From an uncultured bacterium (GTDB lineage: Bacteria; Patescibacteriota; Minisyncoccia; Phycocordibacterales; GWA1-40-21), in NCBI GenBank assembly GCA_903832855.1, contig CAILDB010000014.1, positions 64,144 to 128,143 on the forward strand: DNA of 64,000 nucleotides. The letters are read 5' to 3'. Shown one piece after another: positions 38,584-48,600 of the stretch. The notes below the pieces were generated by a model. The model saw only the letters and a list, made by a program, of their open reading frames with translations. It was not told where the DNA came from and searched no databases. Positions within the stretch are counted from its first letter, which is position 1, and each line of letters starts with the position of its first letter. The position numbers and the translations under genes are program-made.

Positions 38584-39846
38584 GTGAAAAAAAGTTTAAA
38601 ATCAAAACTAAAATTAAAGACGTCAAAAACAATTTTGCATATGGATGGGGATGCGTTTTTTGTGGGTGTGGAAATGGCAAAAAATCCAAAGCTTCTGGGG
38701 AAGGCGGTGGTGACAGGTGAGGAGAGGGGGATTGTGTCGGCACTTTCATATGAGGCAAAGGCGCTGGGTGTGGTTCGTGGGATGCCGATATTTCGTTTGA
38801 AAAAAGAATTTCCGAATGTGATTATCTTGCCTGGGGATTATGCTTCGTACGCGAAATATTCTGGAATGATGTTTGATATTGTTCGTAGGTATGCGGATGA
38901 TGTGGAGGAGTACAGCATTGATGAATGTTTTGCGGATCTTACTGGGCTTGAGCCACCTCTCAAGATGACTTACAAGCAAATTGCTGAGCGGATTAAAAAA
39001 GAAATAAATGATGAGCTTCATTTGTCTGTGTCTGTGGGGCTTGCACCGACGAAAGTTCTTGCAAAAGTGGCGTCAAAATGGGAGAAGCCAAATGGGATGA
39101 CGGTGATAGATAAAAAGAGTGCCCCAGATTTTCTTGACCGGACTTCGGTCGAGAAAATCTGGGGCATTGGTCCGAAGACGGCCGAGTTTTTGAAAACGCG
39201 ATTTATAAAAACCGCAGGAGATTTTGTCAGAAAAGATATTGATTGGGTGCGAAGGAACCTTTCAAAACCATATGAAATTATCTGGCGTGAGCTTCAGGGT
39301 GAGTACATTATGGAAATTGATCCTGTGCCGAAGACTATTTATTCATCAATTCAAAAAACTCGCTCATTTCATCCATCCACAAATGACAAAATTTTTCTTC
39401 TCTCTCAACTTTCCAAAAATATTGAGGAAGCCTGCAGGAAGGCGAGGCATTACAAACTTGTTCCGAAAAAAGTTTCTCTTTTCTTGAAAGACAAGGATTT
39501 TAAATTTACAAATTGTTTGATTCCACTTCCTTCACCGACAAATGCTCCGGAAATTATTATTCCTCTTGCCGAAGCGAAGTTTAAAGAAATGCATACCAAG
39601 GGAATTCTTTATCGTACTACAGGTGTGACCTTGCAAGAACTTATTTCTGACTCTGTTTCGCAAGGTGATTTGTTTGGCGGGAGTGAAAAGGCGAATAAAT
39701 TTGAAATTATTCACAAACAGATTGATTCTCTTGAAGAAAAATTTGGTAAAAGAGTGATTTATTTGGGCTCTACACACGAGGCATTAAAGAAAAAAGAAAA
39801 GGGGACAGACGCGGATGATTTGGACAGAGATTTGCTATTTCTTTAG
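38584..39846 (+). CDS. dinB: DNA polymerase IV (Y family)
   Basis: HMDGDAFF, SYEAK..GV, YSIDECF, LAKVAS..KPNG, WGIG. Confidence 0.92.
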   Translation: MKKSLKSKLKLKTSKTILHMDGDAFFVGVEMAKNPKLLGKAVVTGEERGIVSALSYEAKALGVVRGMPIFRLKKEFPNVIILPGDYASYAKYSGMMFDIVRRYADDVEEYSIDECFADLTGLEPPLKMTYKQIAERIKKEINDELHLSVSVGLAPTKVLAKVASKWEKPNGMTVIDKKSAPDFLDRTSVEKIWGIGPKTAEFLKTRFIKTAGDFVRKDIDWVRRNLSKPYEIIWRELQGEYIMEIDPVPKTIYSSIQKTRSFHPSTNDKIFLLSQLSKNIEEACRKARHYKLVPKKVSLFLKDKDFKFTNCLIPLPSPTNAPEIIIPLAEAKFKEMHTKGILYRTTGVTLQELISDSVSQGDLFGGSEKANKFEIIHKQIDSLEEKFGKRVIYLGSTHEALKKKEKGTDADDLDRDLLFL

Positions 39847-39956
39847 TCTTAGCTTGCGGGGGCTGTTAAAAATATGTGGATATGATATAATAGTCATTAT
39901 TAGCTTATTAGTTTTAATTAAGCCAAATCCGCTATTGCGGACGGCAAAATAAAAAT

Positions 39957-40208
39957 ATGGCAGAAAAAAAAGTGTCAGCGTTTATGCAACCAAAGAAGTT
40001 GAGCCCAGAGTTAGAGGCAGTGGTAGGAAAAGGTCCAATGGCTAGATCAGAAATTGTAAAAAAGATCTGGGTCTATATCAAAGCAAACAATCTTCAGGAT
40101 ACTAAGGACAAGAGAATGATTAATTGTGATGCCAAACTCAAACCAATTTTTGGTGACAAGGTTCACATGATGAAAATGGCTGGCTTTATCTCAAAGCACA
40201 TTTCGTAA
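39957..40208 (+). CDS. SWIB/MDM2 domain protein
   Basis: SPELEAVVG.GPM.R.EIVKKIWVYIK.NNLQD..DKR.I.CD.KL. Confidence 0.9.
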   Translation: MAEKKVSAFMQPKKLSPELEAVVGKGPMARSEIVKKIWVYIKANNLQDTKDKRMINCDAKLKPIFGDKVHMMKMAGFISKHIS

Positions 40209-40305
40209 TCTCGTAAAGGAAATTTAAAAACAAAAGGCCCGCGAATGAGAATTCGCGGGCTTTTTGTTTTTGGTGGATTTTGTCATTTTGTGCTAATCTT
40301 TCCAT

Positions 40306-41733
40306 ATGGTTCAAAAAGCCCCAAAATCGGTTAAAAAGCCTAAACAAGACAAAGGCCCCAAGCTGACATACGATGTGGTGGTGATAGGTGGTGGGCCTGC
40401 AGGGCTTATGTCCGCTTGCATTTCTGCTGAAAACGGAGCAAAAGTCCTTCTACTAGAGAAGAACGAAGAAATGGGTAAAAAGCTTCTAATTTCCGGTGGT
40501 GGCAGATGTAACATCACAAATGCTGATCCAGACAAAAGAAAATTTGTTTCAAAGTTTGGTAAAAAGGGTGACCTTTTATTTAGTCCTCTTTCTGTCTTTG
40601 GTGTGCAGGATACGATTCAGTTTTTTAATAATTTAGGAGTGAAAACAAAAGTTGAAGCTGGTTTTCGTGTGTTTCCTGAGAGTGATAATTCTTCTGATGT
40701 TCTTGAAGCTTTCGTGCAAAAGGCAAAAAAAGTTGGAGTGGAATTTAAAACTTCTGCGGAGGTTATGGGATTTAAGACATTGTCACTCCCGTCTTTGCGA
40801 GGGTCTTCCCGAAGCAATCCAGATTCCGATTCTTTAGATTGCTTCGCTTCACTCGCAAAGACAGAGGAGATGGATTCCGGCCTTCGCCGGAATGACAGAA
40901 AAGAGGAAGGAAACGACAGAGGGAAAATCTCTGCAGTAATTTTGAAAAATGGGGAAGAAGTAGTTGGAAAGAAATTTATTTTGGCGACTGGCGGAATGTC
41001 ACACCCAGAAACTGGCTCTACCGGTGATGGTTTCAAATGGCTTACTGAAATTGGTCACAAAGTTGCAAAACCAAATCCTTCTCTTGTGCCAATTAAAATT
41101 TCTGAGTCGTGGATTGGCGATTTTTCTGGAATTACTTTGGAAAATGTTGGAATTTCAATCTGGCAAAATGGCACGAAAAGTATAAATAAAAAAGGCAGAG
41201 TTCTTTTTACACACAACGGACTTTCCGGCCCGATGATTTTGAATATGAGCAAAGATATTGGCGACCTTTTACAATACGGCGAAGTGAAAGTCGCAATAGA
41301 TTTTTATTCCGGAGTCGGACTTGATGAAATGCACGAGAATTTCAATAAACTATTCAAAGAGCATTCAAATAAAAAAATAAAAAATCTTGTTTTGCCGGAA
41401 GTCCCAGCAAAAATATTTGAAAAAATTCTTGAACTTCTTGAAATTGACGGAGAAATAGAAATGCACTCAATTTTCAGGGAGGAAAGATTTTCTCTGATAG
41501 AAAAATTAAAAAAGTTTGAGCTCACGGTCGGCGGACTATTGGGCTTTGATAAGGCGATAATCTCAAGTGGTGGACTGGACCTTTCTGAAGTTGATTTTAA
41601 AACAATGGGTTCCAAGCTTTACAATAATTTATTTTTTGCCGGTGACATTTTGGATTTCGATAGACCTTCTGGAGGATTTTCTTTGCAGTTATGCTGGACC
41701 ACAGGTTATATTGCTGGTAAGAACATCAAATAG
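40306..41733 (+). CDS. BaiN/HI0933 family FAD-dependent oxidoreductase with in-frame palindromic insert
   Basis: GGGPAG, GKKLLISGGGRCNITN, GSTGDG, LFTH.GLSGP, GGFSLQ..WTTG. Confidence 0.92.
   Translation: MVQKAPKSVKKPKQDKGPKLTYDVVVIGGGPAGLMSACISAENGAKVLLLEKNEEMGKKLLISGGGRCNITNADPDKRKFVSKFGKKGDLLFSPLSVFGVQDTIQFFNNLGVKTKVEAGFRVFPESDNSSDVLEAFVQKAKKVGVEFKTSAEVMGFKTLSLPSLRGSSRSNPDSDSLDCFASLAKTEEMDSGLRRNDRKEEGNDRGKISAVILKNGEEVVGKKFILATGGMSHPETGSTGDGFKWLTEIGHKVAKPNPSLVPIKISESWIGDFSGITLENVGISIWQNGTKSINKKGRVLFTHNGLSGPMILNMSKDIGDLLQYGEVKVAIDFYSGVGLDEMHENFNKLFKEHSNKKIKNLVLPEVPAKIFEKILELLEIDGEIEMHSIFREERFSLIEKLKKFELTVGGLLGFDKAIISSGGLDLSEVDFKTMGSKLYNNLFFAGDILDFDRPSGGFSLQLCWTTGYIAGKNIK
40791..40898. repeat. 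Family A2 doublet plus family A unit inside the flavoprotein gene
   Basis: gtctttgcga...tcgcaaagac then tggattccggccttcgccggaatgaca. Confidence 0.85.
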
Positions 41734-41743
41734 GATATGCTTG

Positions 41744-41783
41744 CCCCGTAGTAAACCGAGTCTGCGAGGTTTTACTACTAGGG
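41744..41783. repeat. Family B palindrome
   Basis: ccccgtagtaaacc...ggttttactactaggg. Confidence 0.75.
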
Positions 41784-41934
41784 TGGCGGGAAAAAGCGCC
41801 TCAAACTAACTCTCTTGTTAAAAATAAAAAACTATTGTAGTCTTTAAAACAGATGCTCTTTAAACAAAGAGCACAACAAGTAGCAAGCCGGCGTCTGACG
41901 GGTGTCAGATAATGGGGCGTTACGGAAAGGCAAA

Positions 41935-42639
41935 ATGAGTGCAAGAAAATGGGATTGGGCTGTCGTGGGTAAGGCGTGGTCTGTCTTGAATCAGATCACG
42001 AACAAGTTCCGTCAGTTGATAGAAAAAACTGACTGTGGCATTGACTGGGCATTTCTGGAGTGGCTAGCGACAAAGGCACCTGAGAAGCTTTACTCAGATT
42101 TGTTGGGTAATGCCATAAACGCTTGGCAGGCTTCAATGTCGGCGAAACGAATTCAGGAGCGGGCAAGCATGCTCGAATTTACAATGAGTCAATGCCTAGC
42201 CACACAAGCTCAAGCGGAGGAGTGGTGTAGTAATCGTTTCGGTGGTCGATGGAGAATTGCGTCGTTTACTGATCTCGCAAGATTACGCCAACAAGGATTT
42301 GATATTCCTAGTGGTGTCTTCTGGAATAAAGAAAATGGTGGGTTGATAGGCTCTGTTTGTTATACTGGACAGAGATTCGTGGTGGTTAACATACCGAAAG
42401 ATGCTAAATGTTACACGATTTGTGTTCGTGAAAAATTGTTTACTTGTTCTGGAGATTCTTTTTTTCACAAATGCGAAGGAAGAAAGTGCCCACATCGTCT
42501 GCCTCATACTGAGCTTGATAATTGTACGAAAAGGATTCTCAATAATGAGCGCGGTTGGTGCAGCGCACCAGGTACGAAATCCATGATTAATCAAGGAGAG
42601 GAAGACGGGGCTTTGGTCACTTGTGTACCGGTGAAATAG
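41935..42639 (+). CDS. Hypothetical protein: helical N-terminus + degenerate DUF1566/CLec-like domain + Cys/His-rich C-terminal domain
   Basis: SD ggaaagg; A..WC....WRIA...L..FW...CVR; own terminator 42651-42692. Confidence 0.65.
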   Translation: MSARKWDWAVVGKAWSVLNQITNKFRQLIEKTDCGIDWAFLEWLATKAPEKLYSDLLGNAINAWQASMSAKRIQERASMLEFTMSQCLATQAQAEEWCSNRFGGRWRIASFTDLARLRQQGFDIPSGVFWNKENGGLIGSVCYTGQRFVVVNIPKDAKCYTICVREKLFTCSGDSFFHKCEGRKCPHRLPHTELDNCTKRILNNERGWCSAPGTKSMINQGEEDGALVTCVPVK

Positions 42640-42839
42640 TACCGATTGCTTCCGTGTAGTTTCAGCTTTTGCGAAACTACACGGATTTTTTTTAAAAAAT
42701 GTGGGGCAGAAAAAGTTTGACAAAAAATAGCCTACGGCGTATAAATAAATCGGAAGTTTGTTAGCTCTCTTTCATAACTGAAGCACAACGCTTCGGAATG
42801 GCGGACGGCGACAATACAAAGGAAGAGGAGAAACTGACC

Positions 42840-43322
42840 ATGAGTAAAAACATGCTCGGTGTGGCGCTCTGCGAAGTACGCGGACTGCTGAATCAGTTGA
42901 TGGAAAATCTCTGCGGTAAAGATTGGGAAAAGTGGCTTGAAGCCCTCAAAACCTTTCTTCGTGGAGAGCCGACTTTTGCTGAGGAGATGATTTATCCTCC
43001 GCTTAGGTGGAGTACCGACCTAGGGGAAATTCCTCGAGTCAATCTTTTGTCCCAAACTTCGTCATACTGTCGACAATTTGGAGAGGGATGGAGATTACCA
43101 ACAGAAAAAGAACTCGCCAGAGCCATGAAAAATACGGAGCTGGCTAATGAATTTGCTCTTTTAAAATATTATTGGACTTCAACATCTCATTCAGATGCTG
43201 ACAAAAAGATGACAGTCTTATATCGCCATCAAGACGAAGGCGTTAGTTATTCTAGAGAAGATTGGCTTGGTAATCAGAAGAATCCATATCTGCGGTTGTG
43301 TCGTACGAGGGAGTTTGCTTGA
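42840..43322 (+). CDS. DUF1566/CLec-like domain protein
   Basis: SD gaggag; YC..GWRLPTEKEL, YYWTST, LRLCR; promoter TTGACA-17-TATAAA and terminator 43330-43371. Confidence 0.72.
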   Translation: MSKNMLGVALCEVRGLLNQLMENLCGKDWEKWLEALKTFLRGEPTFAEEMIYPPLRWSTDLGEIPRVNLLSQTSSYCRQFGEGWRLPTEKELARAMKNTELANEFALLKYYWTSTSHSDADKKMTVLYRHQDEGVSYSREDWLGNQKNPYLRLCRTREFA

Positions 43323-43400
43323 TTGAAGAAGGGCGTCTTTTTCCCGAAGGGAAAAAGACGCCTGTTTTTTTGGGAAAAAAAATGATATTATGAATAAAAT

Positions 43401-45164
43401 ATGATAGAGAAAGTACTGGAAAATTTAATAAAAAAAGCATTGGAGTCGCTTGGAATTGAGGGAGCGGAAACTTTGAATGTGAGTTTGGAACATCCAGAGG
43501 TGATGGCTCATGGAGATTATTCTACAAATGTTGCGATGGTGCTGGCGAAAAAGATGGGGGAAAATCCGAGGGAGCTGGCGGGGAAGATTAAAGAGGAGAT
43601 GGATTCCGTTCTTCAACGGAATGACAGAGGGGAAAATATGATAGAGAAAATTGAAGTTGCAGGGCCGGGGTTTATTAATTTTTATTTAGCGAAAAAAGTT
43701 TTTGAAAATGGGGTGGGGGAGATTTTGAAGGATGGTAATCAATATGGTCGTAATAATATTTTAGATGGTCAGAGAACAATTATTGACTACACTGACCCAA
43801 ATCCGTTTAAGGATTTTCATATTGGGCACTTAATGAGTAATGCAATTGGCGAGTCACTTTCAAGAATAATGGAGGCGAACGGAGCTATCGTAAAAAGGGC
43901 CAATTATCAAGGCGATGTGGGTATTCATGTTGCTAAAGCAATCTGGGGTGCATTTAAAATGCTTAACGAGTCAGAGTGCAAGAAAGCATTTTTTGGGGGT
44001 TGGTTTGGTCTTGGAAAAAATTCAAAAATTTGGGGACAGGCGTATACTTTAGGTGCGATAGCTTTTGAAACAGATGAAAATGCAAAAAAGGAAATAACTA
44101 ATCTGAATAAGAAGATTTACGATCGTTCGGATGGAAAAATAAATAAACTTTATGATATTGGGAGAAAAACATCCCTAGAATATTTTGAAAAGATTTATAA
44201 AATTCTTGGCACAAAATTTGACTACTATTTTTTTGAAAGCGAAGTGGATGATTTAGGGAAGGCGATTGTGCTTGAGGCTATGGCGAAGGGTTATTTTGAA
44301 AAAAGCGATGGGGCGGTAATTTTCCGAGGGGAGAAATATGATCCGCTTTTGCATACTCGGGTTTTTATTAGTTCCCAGGGATTACCAACATATGAGGCAA
44401 AAGAAATTGGTTTAACAAAAGAAAAATATCGCCGATTTGCTTTTGATAAAACAATTGCTGTTACAGGAAACGAAATTAACGATTATTACAGAGTAGTCAA
44501 AAAAGCGATGGAATTTACTATACCTGATTTGGCTTCTAAAGTGGTGCATATTGGTCATGGAATGTTGCGACTACCTTCTGGTAAAATGTCATCTCGAACA
44601 GGACAGGTAATTACGGGTGAGTCATTGCTTACCGAAATACAAAAAAATATTTTGGAAAAAATGAGAGATCGAATGATGTCAAAAAAAGAAAAAACGCAAA
44701 TAGCAGAAATCGTGGCGGTGGGAGCATTGAAATATTCCATTTTGAAACAAGCTGCCGGTGGGGATATTATTTTTGATTTTGACAAGTCAATTTCTTTTGA
44801 GGGGGATTCTGGACCATATTTGCAATATTCATATGTTCGTGCAAAATCTGTTTTGGAAAAAGCAAAAGATGAAAATGTAAAAGCAAAAATAAACAAAGGT
44901 GATTCTGACGGAAGTGTTTTGGAAAAAATGCTTTTGAGATTTACGGAAGTGGTGGAAAGGGCGGGAAGGGAATACTCGCCACATTATCTTGCGATTTATC
45001 TGACTGAACTTGCATCTGCATTCAGCACTTTTTATGCAGAAGGAAAAATTGTGGACAAAACCGACGCAAAATCTCCTTACAAAATTGCTCTTACGCAAGC
45101 TTTTTCTGTCGTGATGAAAAGCGGATTGAATCTTTTGGGGATAAAGGTGCCCGAAAAAATGTAG
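43401..45164 (+). CDS. argS: Arginyl-tRNA synthetase
   Basis: HGDYSTN, AGPGFIN, PNPFK.FHIGH, KMSSR.G, GPYLQY, PEKM. Confidence 0.96.
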   Translation: MIEKVLENLIKKALESLGIEGAETLNVSLEHPEVMAHGDYSTNVAMVLAKKMGENPRELAGKIKEEMDSVLQRNDRGENMIEKIEVAGPGFINFYLAKKVFENGVGEILKDGNQYGRNNILDGQRTIIDYTDPNPFKDFHIGHLMSNAIGESLSRIMEANGAIVKRANYQGDVGIHVAKAIWGAFKMLNESECKKAFFGGWFGLGKNSKIWGQAYTLGAIAFETDENAKKEITNLNKKIYDRSDGKINKLYDIGRKTSLEYFEKIYKILGTKFDYYFFESEVDDLGKAIVLEAMAKGYFEKSDGAVIFRGEKYDPLLHTRVFISSQGLPTYEAKEIGLTKEKYRRFAFDKTIAVTGNEINDYYRVVKKAMEFTIPDLASKVVHIGHGMLRLPSGKMSSRTGQVITGESLLTEIQKNILEKMRDRMMSKKEKTQIAEIVAVGALKYSILKQAAGGDIIFDFDKSISFEGDSGPYLQYSYVRAKSVLEKAKDENVKAKINKGDSDGSVLEKMLLRFTEVVERAGREYSPHYLAIYLTELASAFSTFYAEGKIVDKTDAKSPYKIALTQAFSVVMKSGLNLLGIKVPEKM

Positions 45165-45230
45165 GAACATTTTTTCGGGCCATGTTTCCCCTTATCTCCA
45201 GAAGACGGCTTAAAACCTACCCATTTCACC

Positions 45231-45274
45231 TGTGGATAACTTTTGCTTGACTTTTAATTCAAAGGTGGTATACT
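45231..45274 (+). promoter_or_regulatory. DnaA box plus sigma70-like promoter
   Basis: TGTGGATAA 45231-45239; TTGACT ... TG-G-TATACT. Confidence 0.65.
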
Positions 45275-45280
45275 ACTAGG

Positions 45281-45622
45281 GTATGTTGGACATTCATTGT
45301 GAGTGTTCATCAAGAAAGGGTAAAAGTATGTGTTATCGCAATAGGGCTGTTAGTTCCGCAGGGTTTAAATCTCACACGCCACGGGTGCCCGCCTTTCTTC
45401 GTGAAGGGGTGCGCACCTCGCCGGCAAGGACGGGAAATACTGTGCAATGTGCCCAGGAAAATAAGAAGCGGAATGAGGTGCGCGTGTGGCGTGCCGACAG
45501 CGTGGTAGTGGGCTGAGTTCCACTTTCGTTAACTAAGGTTTTCTGCGTCTAGGAAACGCATCAGAACCGCCCCGAGTTTCGCTTTGCCGTTTTAGGCAAG
45601 CGAAACTCGGGGTTTTATTTTT
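45281..45622 (+). ncRNA. Candidate structured non-coding RNA (unassigned)
   Basis: GC-rich island with nested stems (gggc/gccc, ttagtt/aactaa, cacgccac/gtggcgtg, gcgcacctc/gaggtgcgc), upstream promoter and terminator 45570-45622. Confidence 0.55.
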
Positions 45623-45668
45623 GTTCAAAAACTGATAGAATAGGATTTCAAGTTTTAAATAAGCAAAA

Positions 45669-48600
45669 ATGGACAAAAAAGCCCAAAAAGAAGCAAAAGA
45701 AGAAAAACCTGCGACTGTGGGTAAGGTTTTAAAAAGCAAAATTGCCGAAAGGGAAGAAGAGATTTTGAAATTCTGGCAGGACAATAAGATTTTTGAAAAA
45801 ACCTTGAAAAAAGATTCGCCAAAAGGTGAGTTTAAGTTTTACGATGGTCCTCCATTTGCGACAGGACTTCCGCACTTCGGGCACATTCTTGCTGGGACAA
45901 TGAAAGATGTTTTTGGTAAATATGAAACGATGCTCGGAAAGCATGTGGAAAGAAAATGGGGTTGGGATTGTCACGGTTTGCCGGTGGAAAATATTGTAGA
46001 AAAAGAACTAGATTTAAAATCCAGAAAAGATATTGAAATTTACGGAGTTGAGAAATTTAATGAGATGGCGAGAAAAAGTGTCGTGAAATATGTGGACGAC
46101 TGGAAGAAAATTGTGCCGAGAACGGGGCGTTTTGTGGATATGGAAGATGATTACAAGACAATGTCGCCAACTTATAGCGAAACTATTTGGTGGATTTTCA
46201 AACGGCTCAACGACAAGGGCTTGGTATCAGAGGGCTTTAAATCAATGCATCTTTGTCCGAGATGTGAGACGACGCTTTCAAATTTTGAAGTCAATCAAGG
46301 CTACAAAGACATCACCGATATTTCTGTGACAGTTAAATTTGAACTAGTTGAAGAACCGGGGACTTTTATACTTGCTTGGACGACGACTCCTTGGACTTTG
46401 CCTGGAAATGTTGCACTTGCCGTGGGTAGCGATATTGAATATGTAAAAGGAAAAATAGAAGGGCAAGAAGGAAATTATATTTTTGCAAAAGACAGGTCAG
46501 TCGCAGTTTTAAAAGACAAGAAATTTACTTTGGTTGAGGAGATACTCGGTAAAAAGTTGTTGGGCAAATCCTACAAACCTCTTTTTGATTACTACAATAA
46601 TGATGAATTAAAAAATAGAGAAAATGGATTCAAAGTTTATCCTGCGGATTTTGTAACTATTGAGGATGGTACTGGAATTGTGCATATTGCTCCTGCTTTT
46701 GGTGAAGACGATATGATCCTTGGTAAAAAGGAAAAATTGCCCTTCATTCAGCATGTTGGAACAGATGGAAGATTCAAAAAAGAAGTGGTGGATTTCGCGG
46801 GTGAACAAGTGAAGCCAAAAGAAGATCATCAGAAAGCTGATATTGAAGTGATTAAATATTTGGCAGGGAAAGGAACTCTTTTTGATAAGGAAAAAATGAT
46901 TCACTCATATCCACATTGTTGGAGATGTGATACGCCACTTTTAAATTACGCATCTTCTTCTTGGTTTGTAGAAGTTCCAAAAATCAAAGACGAACTCATT
47001 GCAGAAAATAAAAAAATAAATTGGGTGCCAAAAGAGGTGGGTGAGGGAAGGTTTGGAGAATGGCTTGAAAATACCAGAGATTGGGCGGTTTCTCGTTCCA
47101 GATTTTGGGGTGCACCGCTTCCTGTTTGGAGATGTGCGGAATGTAAAAAAACGCATTTTATTGGTGGTGTGGAAGAGCTCAAACAAAAAATCGGCAAGAA
47201 AAATAATTTTTTTGTAGTTCGACATGGTGAGGCGGAAAGCAATACCTTAGGAATTCTTAGCACGAAGGTTGAGACCAAGCATCATCTTACCGACCTCGGT
47301 AGGGAACAGGCAAAAGAAGTTTCGGAAAAGATTAAAAAAGATAAAATAGATGTCATTATCTCGTCGCCATTTTTGCGGACAAAAGAAACTGCGGAAATAA
47401 TTGCAAAAGAAATCGGCTATTCGGAAGACAAAATTATTTACGATAGTCGTCTCCACGAAGTTTCTGTCGGGGTCTTGGATGGTAAATCAGATGCAGAATA
47501 TCAAGCATATTTTGGCACAAGAGAAGAAAAGTTTTGGAAAATTCCTGAAGGTGGAGAAAGTCACACGGATGTCAAAAACAGAATGACGGAATTTTTGTAT
47601 GATATTAATTCTAAATATGAAGGCAAAAATATTTTGATAGTCTCACACAACACTCCGCTTTGGCTAATGTATGCAGGTATGAAAGGGATGACGCCAAAGC
47701 AAGCTATTGCGATTAGGGAACAAGGGGCACCTTTTATTCATAATTCCGAACTGATGAATTTTGATTTTATTCCAATTCCACACAACAAAAATTACGAGCT
47801 TGATTTGCATCGCCCATATATAGACGAAGTCACTTTTGCTTGCGGTTGCGGAGGTGAGGCAAAAAGAGTTCCGGAAGTTTTTGATTGCTGGTTTGAGTCT
47901 GGCGCAATGCCTTACGGTCAAAATCATTATCCTTTTGAAAATTTGGATAAATTTAATCCGGAAAAAGATATTGGTTTTCCTGCAGACTTTATTGCCGAAG
48001 GTGTGGATCAGACGAGAGGTTGGTTTTATTCCATGCTTGTTCTTTCTGTCGCACTTTTTGGCAGAAGTTCATTTAAAAATGTTGTTGTAAACGGAATTAT
48101 TCTTGCGGACAACGGTCAAAAAATGTCCAAGAGATTGCAAAATTATACAGACCCTTCTGAGGAAATGGACAGATTTGGCGCAGATGCTATGAGATATTAT
48201 TTGCTTTCTTCACCTGCCGTTCACGCAGAAGATTTTAGTTTTTCCGACAAAGGTGTGGATGAAGTTGTAAAAAAAGTAATAATGCGTGTGGATAATATTT
48301 ATTCTTTCTGTGAAATGTACGGCGGAGATTTGAAAGGTAGAAAAGTTGAAAAAGTTTTGTCGGAAAATGTTTTGGATAAATGGATTGTTGCTCGTCTGAA
48401 AGAGCTAGCAGGCGAGATGACAGTTTCTATGAATAAATATGAATTGGATAGGGCGACGAGACCTGTCGCGGATTTTGTGGATGATTTTTCTACATGGTAT
48501 CTTCGAAGATCTAGAGATAGATTTAAGAGTGAAAATATTCAGGACAAAGATATGGCTATCGCCACTACGCTTTATGCTCTAAAAGAATTTTCAAAATTAA

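Noticed and set aside
45283-45516. ORFs of 77 and 69 aa upstream of ileS
   Set aside because: No protein-like motifs; the region is better explained by RNA structure
45281-45622. T-box riboswitch for ileS
   Set aside because: No UGGNACC antiterminator bulge or recognisable stem I motifs; ileS appears to have its own promoter
48287-48295. DnaA box inside ileS
   Set aside because: Single coding-region match with no promoter context
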